Below are positions 19,314 to 27,778 of a stretch of 58,470 bases of DNA, one piece after another (the stretch's first letter is position 1; each line of letters begins with the position of its first letter). Below the pieces are notes generated by a model, which saw only the letters and a list, made by a program, of their open reading frames with translations, was not told the origin of the DNA and made no database searches. The stretch covers positions 1-58,470 of the IMG/VR virus record IMGVR_UViG_3300042397_002506, one strand, 5' to 3'. Origin of the DNA: a virus. Lineage: Duplodnaviria; Caudoviricetes. Position numbers and translations under genes: made by a program.

Positions 19314-20410
19314 TTTTAACATTAATAGAACAAAACAAAGACTTTATTGCTGAGGAAGCAATCAGCTATATTAGAAAGAAATATCCCAGTTTTAAATACG
19401 ACTACGAACTTCTAAGAAGAGATATTCATATGATAGCTGATATTTTTATGGGTGAGCTTGAATTAGAAGGTGGTGTGTATTTTTTAGATACTAGAGACGG
19501 AGTTGATTTGTCTAATGCACAAATGAACAGATATAAAAGATCTTTTACAGTATTTCGAAATCACAATATTGAAACCATTGAATGTATTGAATATGTATCA
19601 ATGTTAATTGAAAAAATATATAACAATGAAGTTATTGAAAATACGTACAATACTAAATTTCCGCAAATAAAAAATTCTAGCATACCTCAACAAGAAAATA
19701 AAACAATAAACTTCCAAGAAATTACTGGTTTGATTGTTGCTAACTCTGCAGCAGGCGCAACAAGGAACTATCACATTGAATTTATAGAAGAATACTTTGA
19801 TAAAGGATTTGTAGTTACAAAAATTCCACCTCAAATTTATGAAAAGCTTTGGGAACAAGTTCGTACAACAAACTGGATAGATGCTAAAAAGTCAACTTAT
19901 AAAAAAGTGCCAGACTGGTATCACGAAAATGAAAAACATTATGTTGATCCAACTGGATATGACAGACCCAGTTATGAAAGAAAAATTGGAGCAGACATGT
20001 TTACTAATGCTCCGCAAAGTCTTATCGATATTTCAGATGAATTGATTAAAGATCCTTTGTTTGATCCTTTAAAGATGTACCGCCCGCCTAATCCGGTAAC
20101 TAAGTATTTGCACTTTTGGAATGGAAGTGAAAACTCTCCGCACCATGTCGATGCTATTGATGGATCTGATCTAATGATTTTCTGTTATTTAACAGATGAA
20201 ACGGATTGGAAAGAAGAATGGGGTGGATATATTAACATCATGAAAGAAGTTAATTCGGAAATAACTAATACAAAAACAGTGTTGCCAAACGATGGTGTTA
20301 TGGTCCTTGTCAATAATTCAGCTCCTATTTTTAAACATGGAATTAGAAACTTGGTAAAACGAGATGTAAACAGATACACATTCATTTTCCACTATACTTG
20401 GACCTTCTAA
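19310..20410 (+). CDS. 2OG-Fe(II) oxygenase with N-terminal helical extension (paralog of 17669)
   Basis: HHVD...WKEEWGG...HGI...RYTF; the C-terminal ~210 aa align by eye with the 17669 product. Confidence 0.85.
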   Translation: MILTLIEQNKDFIAEEAISYIRKKYPSFKYDYELLRRDIHMIADIFMGELELEGGVYFLDTRDGVDLSNAQMNRYKRSFTVFRNHNIETIECIEYVSMLIEKIYNNEVIENTYNTKFPQIKNSSIPQQENKTINFQEITGLIVANSAAGATRNYHIEFIEEYFDKGFVVTKIPPQIYEKLWEQVRTTNWIDAKKSTYKKVPDWYHENEKHYVDPTGYDRPSYERKIGADMFTNAPQSLIDISDELIKDPLFDPLKMYRPPNPVTKYLHFWNGSENSPHHVDAIDGSDLMIFCYLTDETDWKEEWGGYINIMKEVNSEITNTKTVLPNDGVMVLVNNSAPIFKHGIRNLVKRDVNRYTFIFHYTWTF

Positions 20411-20428
20411 TTCAACCATAAATATACT

Positions 20429-21499
20429 ATGGAATTGATAATTAAACCAACTGAACGATGCAATTTTAAATGTACATTTTGCTCTTCAACTCGTATTACA
20501 GAAGATAAAACTGACGAGTTGTCGCATGATACTATATTTGAATTTTTAGAACGTTTTCCAGAAACAAACACTATAATTGTTAACGGTGGCGATCCGTTAA
20601 TGATGTGTCCTGGATACTACTGGAAAATTATCGAGTATCTTGATGAAAAAGAAATGCCTACTACTATCAGTTTTACTAGTAACTTGTGGCCGTTCTATAA
20701 AAATCCTAACAAATGGAAAGAATTATTTAATCATCCGAGATTAGGTATTACCACAAGTTTCCAATACGGCGGTGGTAGACTCAAAGGCGATTTGTCGGAG
20801 TTTAGTGAAGAAGATTTTTGGGCAGTTAGTGACGCTATGTTAGAGCATGTTGGATATAGACCAGACTTTATTAGCGTAATTACTAAAGAAAATGAACATT
20901 TGGCTATTAAGAATGTTGAATTAGCAAAGCGAATGGGAGTTGAATGCAAACTAAACTATGCATTTAGTAGTGGTCCACCTGTAAAATTTAAAAACATTAC
21001 TATGGGGCAAGAAGGTCAACCTTATATGCTAGCTGACATATATGAAATTTATGTTAAAGTTTGGCAGTTAGGTTTGACTGAATGGGAATATAATACAAAG
21101 CAAATGGTAAAACGTTTAAAGGGACATAGCACCACTTGCCCACAAAGTAGAAATTGTGATTCTAATATTAGAACTTTACAGCCAAGCGGAGACTACTACA
21201 GTTGTGGTTCGTTTGGAGATGATAGACAATATGCTATAGACTTTAAAAAAGAAATGGCTGGAGAAAAAATATATCCACTCAGATTTCAGCTAGAATTGCA
21301 AAATTTAAAAGAAAGTTGCTACACGTGTCCAATGTTTCAAATTTGTAATGGTTGCAAAAAGACTATCAAAGATTTAAAGGTTCACGGATTAGTAGAAAAA
21401 CATTGTGCTAAAATGAAAACGCTAGCTCCGTTAATAATCGAATCAAACAATATGACTGGTATGATGGAAATAACACCGTATTTAAACGAAAATGTCTAA
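20429..21499 (+). CDS. Radical SAM/SPASM protein 3
   Basis: CNFKCTFC, NGGDP, CPQSRNC...YSCG...CYTCPMFQICNGC...HC. Confidence 0.9.
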   Translation: MELIIKPTERCNFKCTFCSSTRITEDKTDELSHDTIFEFLERFPETNTIIVNGGDPLMMCPGYYWKIIEYLDEKEMPTTISFTSNLWPFYKNPNKWKELFNHPRLGITTSFQYGGGRLKGDLSEFSEEDFWAVSDAMLEHVGYRPDFISVITKENEHLAIKNVELAKRMGVECKLNYAFSSGPPVKFKNITMGQEGQPYMLADIYEIYVKVWQLGLTEWEYNTKQMVKRLKGHSTTCPQSRNCDSNIRTLQPSGDYYSCGSFGDDRQYAIDFKKEMAGEKIYPLRFQLELQNLKESCYTCPMFQICNGCKKTIKDLKVHGLVEKHCAKMKTLAPLIIESNNMTGMMEITPYLNENV

Positions 21500-21505
21500 T
21501 ATATT

Positions 21506-22414
21506 ATGAACATTAGCGTTAACCCTACATACTACTGCAATTTTAGATGCGATTTTTGTTATTTAACACCAGAACAATTATCCGATCGAGCTCTATTATC
21601 ACTTGATTCACTATCAGAAAAATTAGCAGAAATTATATCTCACACTAATATAGATATGGTAGACATATATGGTGGAGAAATTGGACTGCTGTCAGAATCT
21701 TATTGGAATAACTTAATTTCAATACTTTATTCTTATGGTATAGATGATATAAATTTAATAACAAACTTATCAATGTTAAATGTCGTAACAGAAGATGATA
21801 GAGTACACACTTCTGTCAGTTATGATTTTGAGGCAAGAGAATCATCCGATAAAGTATGGAGAAATATGGCATTGTTAAACAAACCATTTTCTGTTTTGAT
21901 GCTAGCGTCGCCATCACTTATTAAGCAAGACGTTGACTATATGGTTAACATGTTTAATACATTAGGTAATTTAATATCGGTGGAAATTAAACCGTACAGC
22001 GCAAATCAAGCCAATCAATTACAAGTTTCTTATACAGAGTATGAAGAGTTTGTTAAAAAATGGATTGAAAATAAAAATAAAAAGTTTCAACTAAACAATA
22101 TACACCTGTTAAATTCAGTAGTAGATGCAAGTCGCAATAGTTTTTCAGATGATCACGTATATATAACACCATCTGGCAACTACGGTGTACTAGAGTTTGA
22201 TCTAAACGAAAATGAATTTTTTAAAGAATACAAAACATTTAAAGAATATCTCCAATGGTGTAATTTAGAAAAGGTTAGAGTATCAAATAATAAATTTTGT
22301 TCAAAATGTGACTACTATGGCAAATGTCTTTCAGAGCATTTACGTGATGTAAAGAATGTAAAAAACAGCTGTAATGGATTTGTAAACCTTATTAAATGGT
22401 ATGAAGATAAATAA
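21506..22414 (+). CDS. Radical SAM protein 4 with reduced auxiliary Cys motif
   Basis: CNFRCDFC, YGGEI, C-terminal CSKCDYYGKCLSEH...SC. Confidence 0.85.
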   Translation: MNISVNPTYYCNFRCDFCYLTPEQLSDRALLSLDSLSEKLAEIISHTNIDMVDIYGGEIGLLSESYWNNLISILYSYGIDDINLITNLSMLNVVTEDDRVHTSVSYDFEARESSDKVWRNMALLNKPFSVLMLASPSLIKQDVDYMVNMFNTLGNLISVEIKPYSANQANQLQVSYTEYEEFVKKWIENKNKKFQLNNIHLLNSVVDASRNSFSDDHVYITPSGNYGVLEFDLNENEFFKEYKTFKEYLQWCNLEKVRVSNNKFCSKCDYYGKCLSEHLRDVKNVKNSCNGFVNLIKWYEDK

Positions 22415-22826
22415 TATGGAAGAATGGAAAATTAGACAAGAAATTTATCATCGAATAAACACTGAGTATTCTGATGATCTCAAAAAATTTAATATTGAAC
22501 TAACTAATGATATTGTAGGCGATGCTATAAGATACTTCTATGACAGAAATATTGGGTGGGTTTATCCATCTAAGTCATATATGGTTGCTATATGTTATGC
22601 TCGATGGCTAGAACACTATTTTGGTGGCGATGTATATGACTATCTTAATGATCCGGAATTACTGCATGGAAACGACCCTTATTTTGTAGAATATAGTAAA
22701 GACCCTAAAACATATCACAAAATATTAGCAGTTGTTACATGGGAATTTAATGAAAATTCAGGATTAGTACCTGATGTGAAAGAATACTTTTTGAAGGAAT
22801 TTTTAATTGATGAACCCGGGATTTAA
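22401..22826 (+). CDS. Hypothetical protein of the radical SAM island
   Basis: 141-aa aromatic-rich ORF overlapping both neighbours. Confidence 0.7.
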   Translation: MKINNMEEWKIRQEIYHRINTEYSDDLKKFNIELTNDIVGDAIRYFYDRNIGWVYPSKSYMVAICYARWLEHYFGGDVYDYLNDPELLHGNDPYFVEYSKDPKTYHKILAVVTWEFNENSGLVPDVKEYFLKEFLIDEPGI

Positions 22827-23379
22827 CGAACTGTGGCCTACGACAGTATACTTAGGTAAAATTGAAGATGAAACTTTGCTTTCCAGAGTATGCGATGCAA
22901 TTTTTACTGAAGTTGATTTAACAAATCCGCCTAACGATTTTCACGAATATGATATACTTCGTGATGGATCTGAAGTATTCCAAGAATTTCGTGATAAGGT
23001 TGTATGGCCAGCATTTGAAAAATACTTGTTAAACTGGAACATTGATATAAATGATTTTGAAGAAAGACGAGTAAGAGCTTGGCTTACCGGCAGTTATACC
23101 GGATATGCCATGCCAGTTCATAATCATAGCGGATCTCCAATTAGCTCAGTATTTTACCTCATGAATGAAGAACAACAAGCTGGCGGAGAACTAGTATTAA
23201 TGGATCCTCGTCATAATGCAAATAGAGGCTACCAAGAAGAATTTAAGTCCATGTTTGAAAATCAATGCTATACACCTAAATCTGGCGAATTTACCATGTT
23301 TCCTGGGTTCGTTTATCACCATACTTTGCCTTTTAAGGGAAAAATCCGATTGGCAATGCCCGTTGATCTATTTCTATAA
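22810..23379 (+). CDS. Putative 2OG-Fe(II) oxygenase (TIGR02466/2OG-FeII_Oxy_5-like)
   Basis: HNH...SSVFY...L.L.DPR...P..G...MFP.FVYH...R pattern typical of this phage oxygenase family. Confidence 0.8.
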   Translation: MNPGFNELWPTTVYLGKIEDETLLSRVCDAIFTEVDLTNPPNDFHEYDILRDGSEVFQEFRDKVVWPAFEKYLLNWNIDINDFEERRVRAWLTGSYTGYAMPVHNHSGSPISSVFYLMNEEQQAGGELVLMDPRHNANRGYQEEFKSMFENQCYTPKSGEFTMFPGFVYHHTLPFKGKIRLAMPVDLFL

Positions 23380-23396
23380 ATAGAATCATATAAATA
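23375..23396 (+). promoter_or_regulatory. Two tandem late promoters
   Basis: TATAAATA at 23375 and 23389. Confidence 0.8.
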
Positions 23397-23429
23397 ACTT
23401 AACAATCCCTAACTTACGGAGAAATAAAA

Positions 23430-23816
23430 ATGGCTCTTACATTATCATATTCAATTACAAGTCTTAAAGTAAAAGACGAAGTAAACAGCGAAGGCGTTAC
23501 GCTTACAAACGCAGTATGCCAAACATATTGGAAAGTAGTTGGAACAGACTCTACTGGCGCAACTGGCGAATTTTCTGGCGCAACACCATTCAGTGCAGCA
23601 AGCGTTAACTTAGAATCTTTCGTAGATTTTGCAGATCTGCAAGAAGAAGATGTTATTTCTTGGGTCCAAGCTGTTGTTAATGGCGATCCAGGATATAAAG
23701 CACACATTGAAGGCAAAATCCAAGGTCAAATTGATGCAGATAAAGTACGCGAAACAGCAATGCCTTGGGCAACTGATGTAACACCAGTACCTCCAGTACC
23801 AACTCCTGGCGTTTAA
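23430..23816 (+). CDS. Small tail-fibre-associated phage protein
   Basis: W...GTD.TG...F.G.TPF...FVDF.DL.EE.V..WV pattern common next to fibre genes; GGAG SD. Confidence 0.65.
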   Translation: MALTLSYSITSLKVKDEVNSEGVTLTNAVCQTYWKVVGTDSTGATGEFSGATPFSAASVNLESFVDFADLQEEDVISWVQAVVNGDPGYKAHIEGKIQGQIDADKVRETAMPWATDVTPVPPVPTPGV

Positions 23817-23834
23817 TAACAAAAGGAATCTGTC

Positions 23835-24164
23835 GTGAATTATAATTGGCGTATCGTAAAATTGGGTCTAAACGATCAGTTGAATCAAGATGGTGTACTT
23901 CTTGAGAATGCTGTCGTTCAGGTTCAATGGAAATTAATAGCTGAAGACACAGACGGAGTAAAAGCAAGTTATCTCGGTAACACTACTTTAGATGCAAGTT
24001 CTATTCCTGCAAATCAATTTGTACCGTTAAACGATGTAACTTCAGCTCAAGTTATTACTTGGTTGCAGGATGTCTTAGCCGGTGCTGAGCAAGACCGCAT
24101 AAATAAACAGTTAGATGCAAAAATTGAAAGAAGCAAACTACGTACAATAAAACCTAATTGGTAA
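23835..24164 (+). CDS. Paralog of the 23430 protein
   Basis: Shared GV.L.NAV.Q..WK....D..G, F..L.D.....VI.W and terminal (P/N)W features. Confidence 0.65.
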   Translation: MNYNWRIVKLGLNDQLNQDGVLLENAVVQVQWKLIAEDTDGVKASYLGNTTLDASSIPANQFVPLNDVTSAQVITWLQDVLAGAEQDRINKQLDAKIERSKLRTIKPNW

Positions 24165-24199
24165 TGTAGGCGATTTCTTTATTATATAATGGAGGTGAC

Positions 24200-25237
24200 A
24201 TGCACGATTTGCATATGGGTGGTTTAGCAACTTATGCTCTGAAAAGAGGTGGTTCAATACACCCAATTTTAGTACCAAAAGCAGTTTTGGGAAATGAAAC
24301 TGGTATTATGAATCCGTCTATTTTTCTTAAAGACGGAAAGCTTCTTGTTAACGTTAGACACGTTAACTACATTCTTTATCATAGCGAGGGGAAAAAGTTT
24401 CCACACCAGTGGGGACCTCTCGTATACATACATCCCGAAAATGACGTAGCGTTAAAAACTCATAACGTGATGTGCGAGCTAGATAGTAATCTTAATTTAG
24501 CCTCAGCACAACGTGTTAATATGAAGTTAGACGTAGCACCAACTTGGAACTTTGTTGGTTTGGAAGATGCTCGTCTGTTTGAATGGGATAAAAAACTATA
24601 TCTTTGCGGTGTTCGTCGTGATTGCTATGATGAAAAAGGCAAGGGTCGTATGGAACTTTGTCATATAGATTTTAAAGATGGTGAATGGCAAGAAATTTCA
24701 AGACATCCAATTCCGGCTCCGGGTGAAGACGCTAGTTATTGTGAAAAGAATTGGATGCCAGTTCTTGATATGCCTTATCACTTTGTTAAATGGTGTAACC
24801 CTACTCAATTAGTTAAATTTAACATTGAAGAAGGTACAACCATAGAAGTATTTGTTGAACAAAACGAAAGAAAACCGTTTAAGCGCGACTTCAGAGGTGG
24901 TTCACAAGTAATTCGTCTTAACGACAAACAAAGAATGGCTTTTGTTCATGAAACAAATCTTTTAAGAGATCCATTCGGTAGAAAAGATGGAGACTATTCT
25001 CATAGAGTTCTTGTATGGGATAACGATTGGAATTTGATTCATGTTTCACGCAACTTCCATTTTATGGGAACGTATTATGATCACGTAACAAATACAGATT
25101 ACAACATTGAATTTGTAACTGGTATGACCATTCATAATAACAACGTTTTGATTTCGTTTGGTTTTCAAGATAACGCTTCGTTTATTCTTAAGATGCCAAT
25201 ACAAGTATTTTTAGAATTTTTAGCTGATAACGGATAA
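24200..25237 (+). CDS. Five-bladed beta-propeller glycosidase/phosphorylase-like protein (GH43/GH130-like)
   Basis: NPSI, GLEDARLF, EKNWMP, RGGSQ, IEF..G...ISFG.QD motifs. Confidence 0.65.
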   Translation: MHDLHMGGLATYALKRGGSIHPILVPKAVLGNETGIMNPSIFLKDGKLLVNVRHVNYILYHSEGKKFPHQWGPLVYIHPENDVALKTHNVMCELDSNLNLASAQRVNMKLDVAPTWNFVGLEDARLFEWDKKLYLCGVRRDCYDEKGKGRMELCHIDFKDGEWQEISRHPIPAPGEDASYCEKNWMPVLDMPYHFVKWCNPTQLVKFNIEEGTTIEVFVEQNERKPFKRDFRGGSQVIRLNDKQRMAFVHETNLLRDPFGRKDGDYSHRVLVWDNDWNLIHVSRNFHFMGTYYDHVTNTDYNIEFVTGMTIHNNNVLISFGFQDNASFILKMPIQVFLEFLADNG

Positions 25238-25242
25238 TACGT

Positions 25243-26478
25243 ATGAAATTTACAAATATGAAACTATTGAATGACGTTATTTTAGATTATTCTAACCCAG
25301 ATAAAATCTATAAATTAGCTCGCGAATACGATAAATTAGAACAAGGTTCTGCTGCTTTCAGTTATTATCTTCGTGCAGCTGATATGTCGCCGGGTAAAAC
25401 TATAAAAGAAAAATGGCTTCAATATAAGTGCATGATTCTTGGTTCTTTTATCTATGAACGTAATGGCGATAGAGATCATAGTGTAGAAGGCTTACTTAAA
25501 ATTGCCATTGATACATTTCCAGATCGACCAGAAGCTTATTACTTTCTTTCTAAATTTAAACAAAAAAAGAATGATTGGCGAGAATCAATGATGTATGCTG
25601 CAATCGGTCTTAAATTTGAGCAGTGGCATGACAGATTTGATGATGATCTCGGCTATCCAGGTATTAACGCTTTACGTTTACTATATGCACGTGCTAAATG
25701 GAAAACTGACGGCAGAGACGAATCTAAAAACCTTGCTTTTGATTTAAAATATAAAAATTCTATTAGCGAAGAAGTAGACAAAGGAGCTACTGCTTTATTA
25801 GCAGAACATGGTTATCCAAGTACACTTACATTTACTGAAGACGAACTTGACATATACAAGTTTAAGTTTAAAGGTATTGATAGCATAGAAAAGAACTATT
25901 CACGTCACTTCCAAGACATGTTTGTATTGTCTGTTTTAGATGGACAAAGAAATGGCACATTTGTAGAAATTGGATCTGGACATCCTGAACTGTTTAATAA
26001 TACTCTACTACTTGAAAAACAATTCGGTTGGAAAGGTATTTCATTAGATAACTCAGAAAGAATGTGTCATATCTTTTCGAGAAGTAGAAATACTACTTCA
26101 GTACTTGCAGATGCTGCCAATACGGATTATAAAGTGTTATTTAAACAACATTGTTTAGAGCAAAGGATTGAATATTTGAGAATCAATGCTGAGGGAGCTT
26201 CTCTTACAGCTCTTAAAGCAATTCCTTTTGATAAGTATGAATTTTCTGTTTTGCAGTTTCAGCATAATGCAGTCTGGTGGGGCAATGATATCAGAGATGA
26301 ATCTAGAAAAGTACTTAGCAAACTTGGATATATATTAATGGTAAGCGATGTCGCGGTTGATGAAAAATCTAGCTATGAAGACTGGTGGGTTCATCCAGAC
26401 TATGCTAAAACTAAACCTGAAATGCGATCTTCTACAAAAGTTAATTTTGCATGGAACTATATAATGGAGAAACTATAA
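25243..26478 (+). CDS. TPR domain + FkbM-like methyltransferase fusion
   Basis: N-terminal TPR-like P.RPEAYY.L; C-terminal S..FQDMFV...GTFVEIGS.....NNT.LLE...GWKG...EDWWVHP. Confidence 0.7.
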   Translation: MKFTNMKLLNDVILDYSNPDKIYKLAREYDKLEQGSAAFSYYLRAADMSPGKTIKEKWLQYKCMILGSFIYERNGDRDHSVEGLLKIAIDTFPDRPEAYYFLSKFKQKKNDWRESMMYAAIGLKFEQWHDRFDDDLGYPGINALRLLYARAKWKTDGRDESKNLAFDLKYKNSISEEVDKGATALLAEHGYPSTLTFTEDELDIYKFKFKGIDSIEKNYSRHFQDMFVLSVLDGQRNGTFVEIGSGHPELFNNTLLLEKQFGWKGISLDNSERMCHIFSRSRNTTSVLADAANTDYKVLFKQHCLEQRIEYLRINAEGASLTALKAIPFDKYEFSVLQFQHNAVWWGNDIRDESRKVLSKLGYILMVSDVAVDEKSSYEDWWVHPDYAKTKPEMRSSTKVNFAWNYIMEKL

Positions 26479-27239
26479 TGGGAATGAAAGTTGTTATTGT
26501 AACCGGTGGCTTTGATCCACTACATTCTGGTCACATTGAATATTTTAAAGCAGCAAAAGAGCTTGGCGATATTTTATGTGTTGGTGTAAATAGCGATGCT
26601 TGGCTAACTCGTAAAAAAGGCCAACCATTTATGTCCTTTGAAGAACGATCAAATATAGTTAGTAACATTAAATGTGTTGGACACGCATTTGGTTTTAATG
26701 ATGACGATGGTTCTGCAATTGGCGCAATTGAACACATTAAAAATAGCTTTCCAAAAAATTCACAAATCATTTTTGCAAATGGTGGTGATCGTACAAAAGA
26801 TAACATTCCTGAAATGATCTTTGATGATGTTGACTTTGTATTTGGTGTTGGCGGTACAGACAAATTAAATTCTTCTAGTTGGATTTTAAATAATTGGGGC
26901 AAGCCATCAACTGAAAGAGTCTGGGGAAAATACAGAGATCTTGATCAGAATGGTCATTGGAAAGTAAAAGAACTATCTATTGATATTGGTAAGTCTTTAT
27001 CTGATCAGCGACACTTCGGTAGATCAGAACATTGGCACATTGTAGATGGTGCTCTTGAAATGAATCTTGAATATGCAAATGATTATAGAACTTCTAGAAT
27101 CTATAAATCTGGCGACAGCATTGATATACCAAGAAACTGCTGGCATAAAGCTACAAATGTTGGTAAAACACCAGTTAAGGTAATTGAAGTCTGGATGGGT
27201 GATATTCTGTCAGAAGATGATATTGAAAGAAGAACATAA
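26478..27239 (+). CDS. Cytidylyltransferase (RfaE-II/TagD-like) fused to a mannose-6-phosphate-isomerase-type cupin
   Basis: TGGFDPLHSGH (HIGH), GVNSD.WL.RKKG, FANGGDR; C-terminal R.WG.Y...LS.QRH..RSEHW...H...EDDIER. ATG 26478 overlaps the upstream stop, GGAGA SD. Confidence 0.85.
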   Translation: MGMKVVIVTGGFDPLHSGHIEYFKAAKELGDILCVGVNSDAWLTRKKGQPFMSFEERSNIVSNIKCVGHAFGFNDDDGSAIGAIEHIKNSFPKNSQIIFANGGDRTKDNIPEMIFDDVDFVFGVGGTDKLNSSSWILNNWGKPSTERVWGKYRDLDQNGHWKVKELSIDIGKSLSDQRHFGRSEHWHIVDGALEMNLEYANDYRTSRIYKSGDSIDIPRNCWHKATNVGKTPVKVIEVWMGDILSEDDIERRT

Positions 27240-27265
27240 TACTATATTGATGGAGCCATAAGGCT

Positions 27266-27293
27266 ATTATAATTGGTTCTGAAAAACTGTCAA
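27266..27293 (-). promoter_or_regulatory. Sigma70-type promoter, antisense to the late cluster
   Basis: Minus strand reads AAAACAG-TTGACA-N16-TATAAT, the same upstream context as the early promoters at 50.7-52.2 kb. Confidence 0.55.
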
Positions 27294-27302
27294 CTGTTTT
27301 TA

Positions 27303-27310
27303 TATAAATA
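27303..27310 (+). promoter_or_regulatory. T4-type late promoter
   Basis: Exact TATAAATA upstream of 27350. Confidence 0.8.
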
Positions 27311-27349
27311 TGTAAAATATATTAAACAATTTCATTTAAGGAGATACAG

Positions 27350-27757
27350 ATGGCTTTTCAGTTATCGGTTAATGCAAGAAATGCTACTTTGGCAGCAATT
27401 GAGACAGAAGTTGGCGAAAATCCAATTATGACTGTTTCTACTGGTTCGCCACCAGCTAACTGTGGTACGGCAAATACGGGTACGGTTGTTGCAACTATGG
27501 TTCTTCCTACAGACTGGTTATCAAACCCAACATTAGGTTCTGTTACATTATCAGGAACTTGGCAAGATTTGTCAGCTGACGCTTCTGGTACAGCTGGTTA
27601 CTTTAGACTACACAACAATGATGGTACTGTATGTCATATGCAAGGTTCTATTTCTGCCACAGGCGGTGGTGGCGATATGCAATTAGATAACACTAACATT
27701 GCAACTGGCCAACAAATTAATATTACAGCATTTACTATTACAGCTGGTGGGGCGTAA
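27350..27757 (+). CDS. Putative virion structural protein
   Basis: Late promoter and AAGGAG SD; Thr/Gly/Ala-rich, with A.ASGTAGYFR and GGGD..LDNT.I..GQ motifs. Confidence 0.65.
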   Translation: MAFQLSVNARNATLAAIETEVGENPIMTVSTGSPPANCGTANTGTVVATMVLPTDWLSNPTLGSVTLSGTWQDLSADASGTAGYFRLHNNDGTVCHMQGSISATGGGGDMQLDNTNIATGQQINITAFTITAGGA

Positions 27758-27778
27758 CTTTAACAAAAGGTAAGCCTC

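Noticed and set aside
14304-22414. rSAMs as QueE (7-deazaguanine DNA modification), NrdG or MoaA
   Set aside because: No QueC/QueD/FolE/DpdA, NrdD or Moa genes nearby. The C-terminal SPASM-like Cys motifs and late structural context do not fit.
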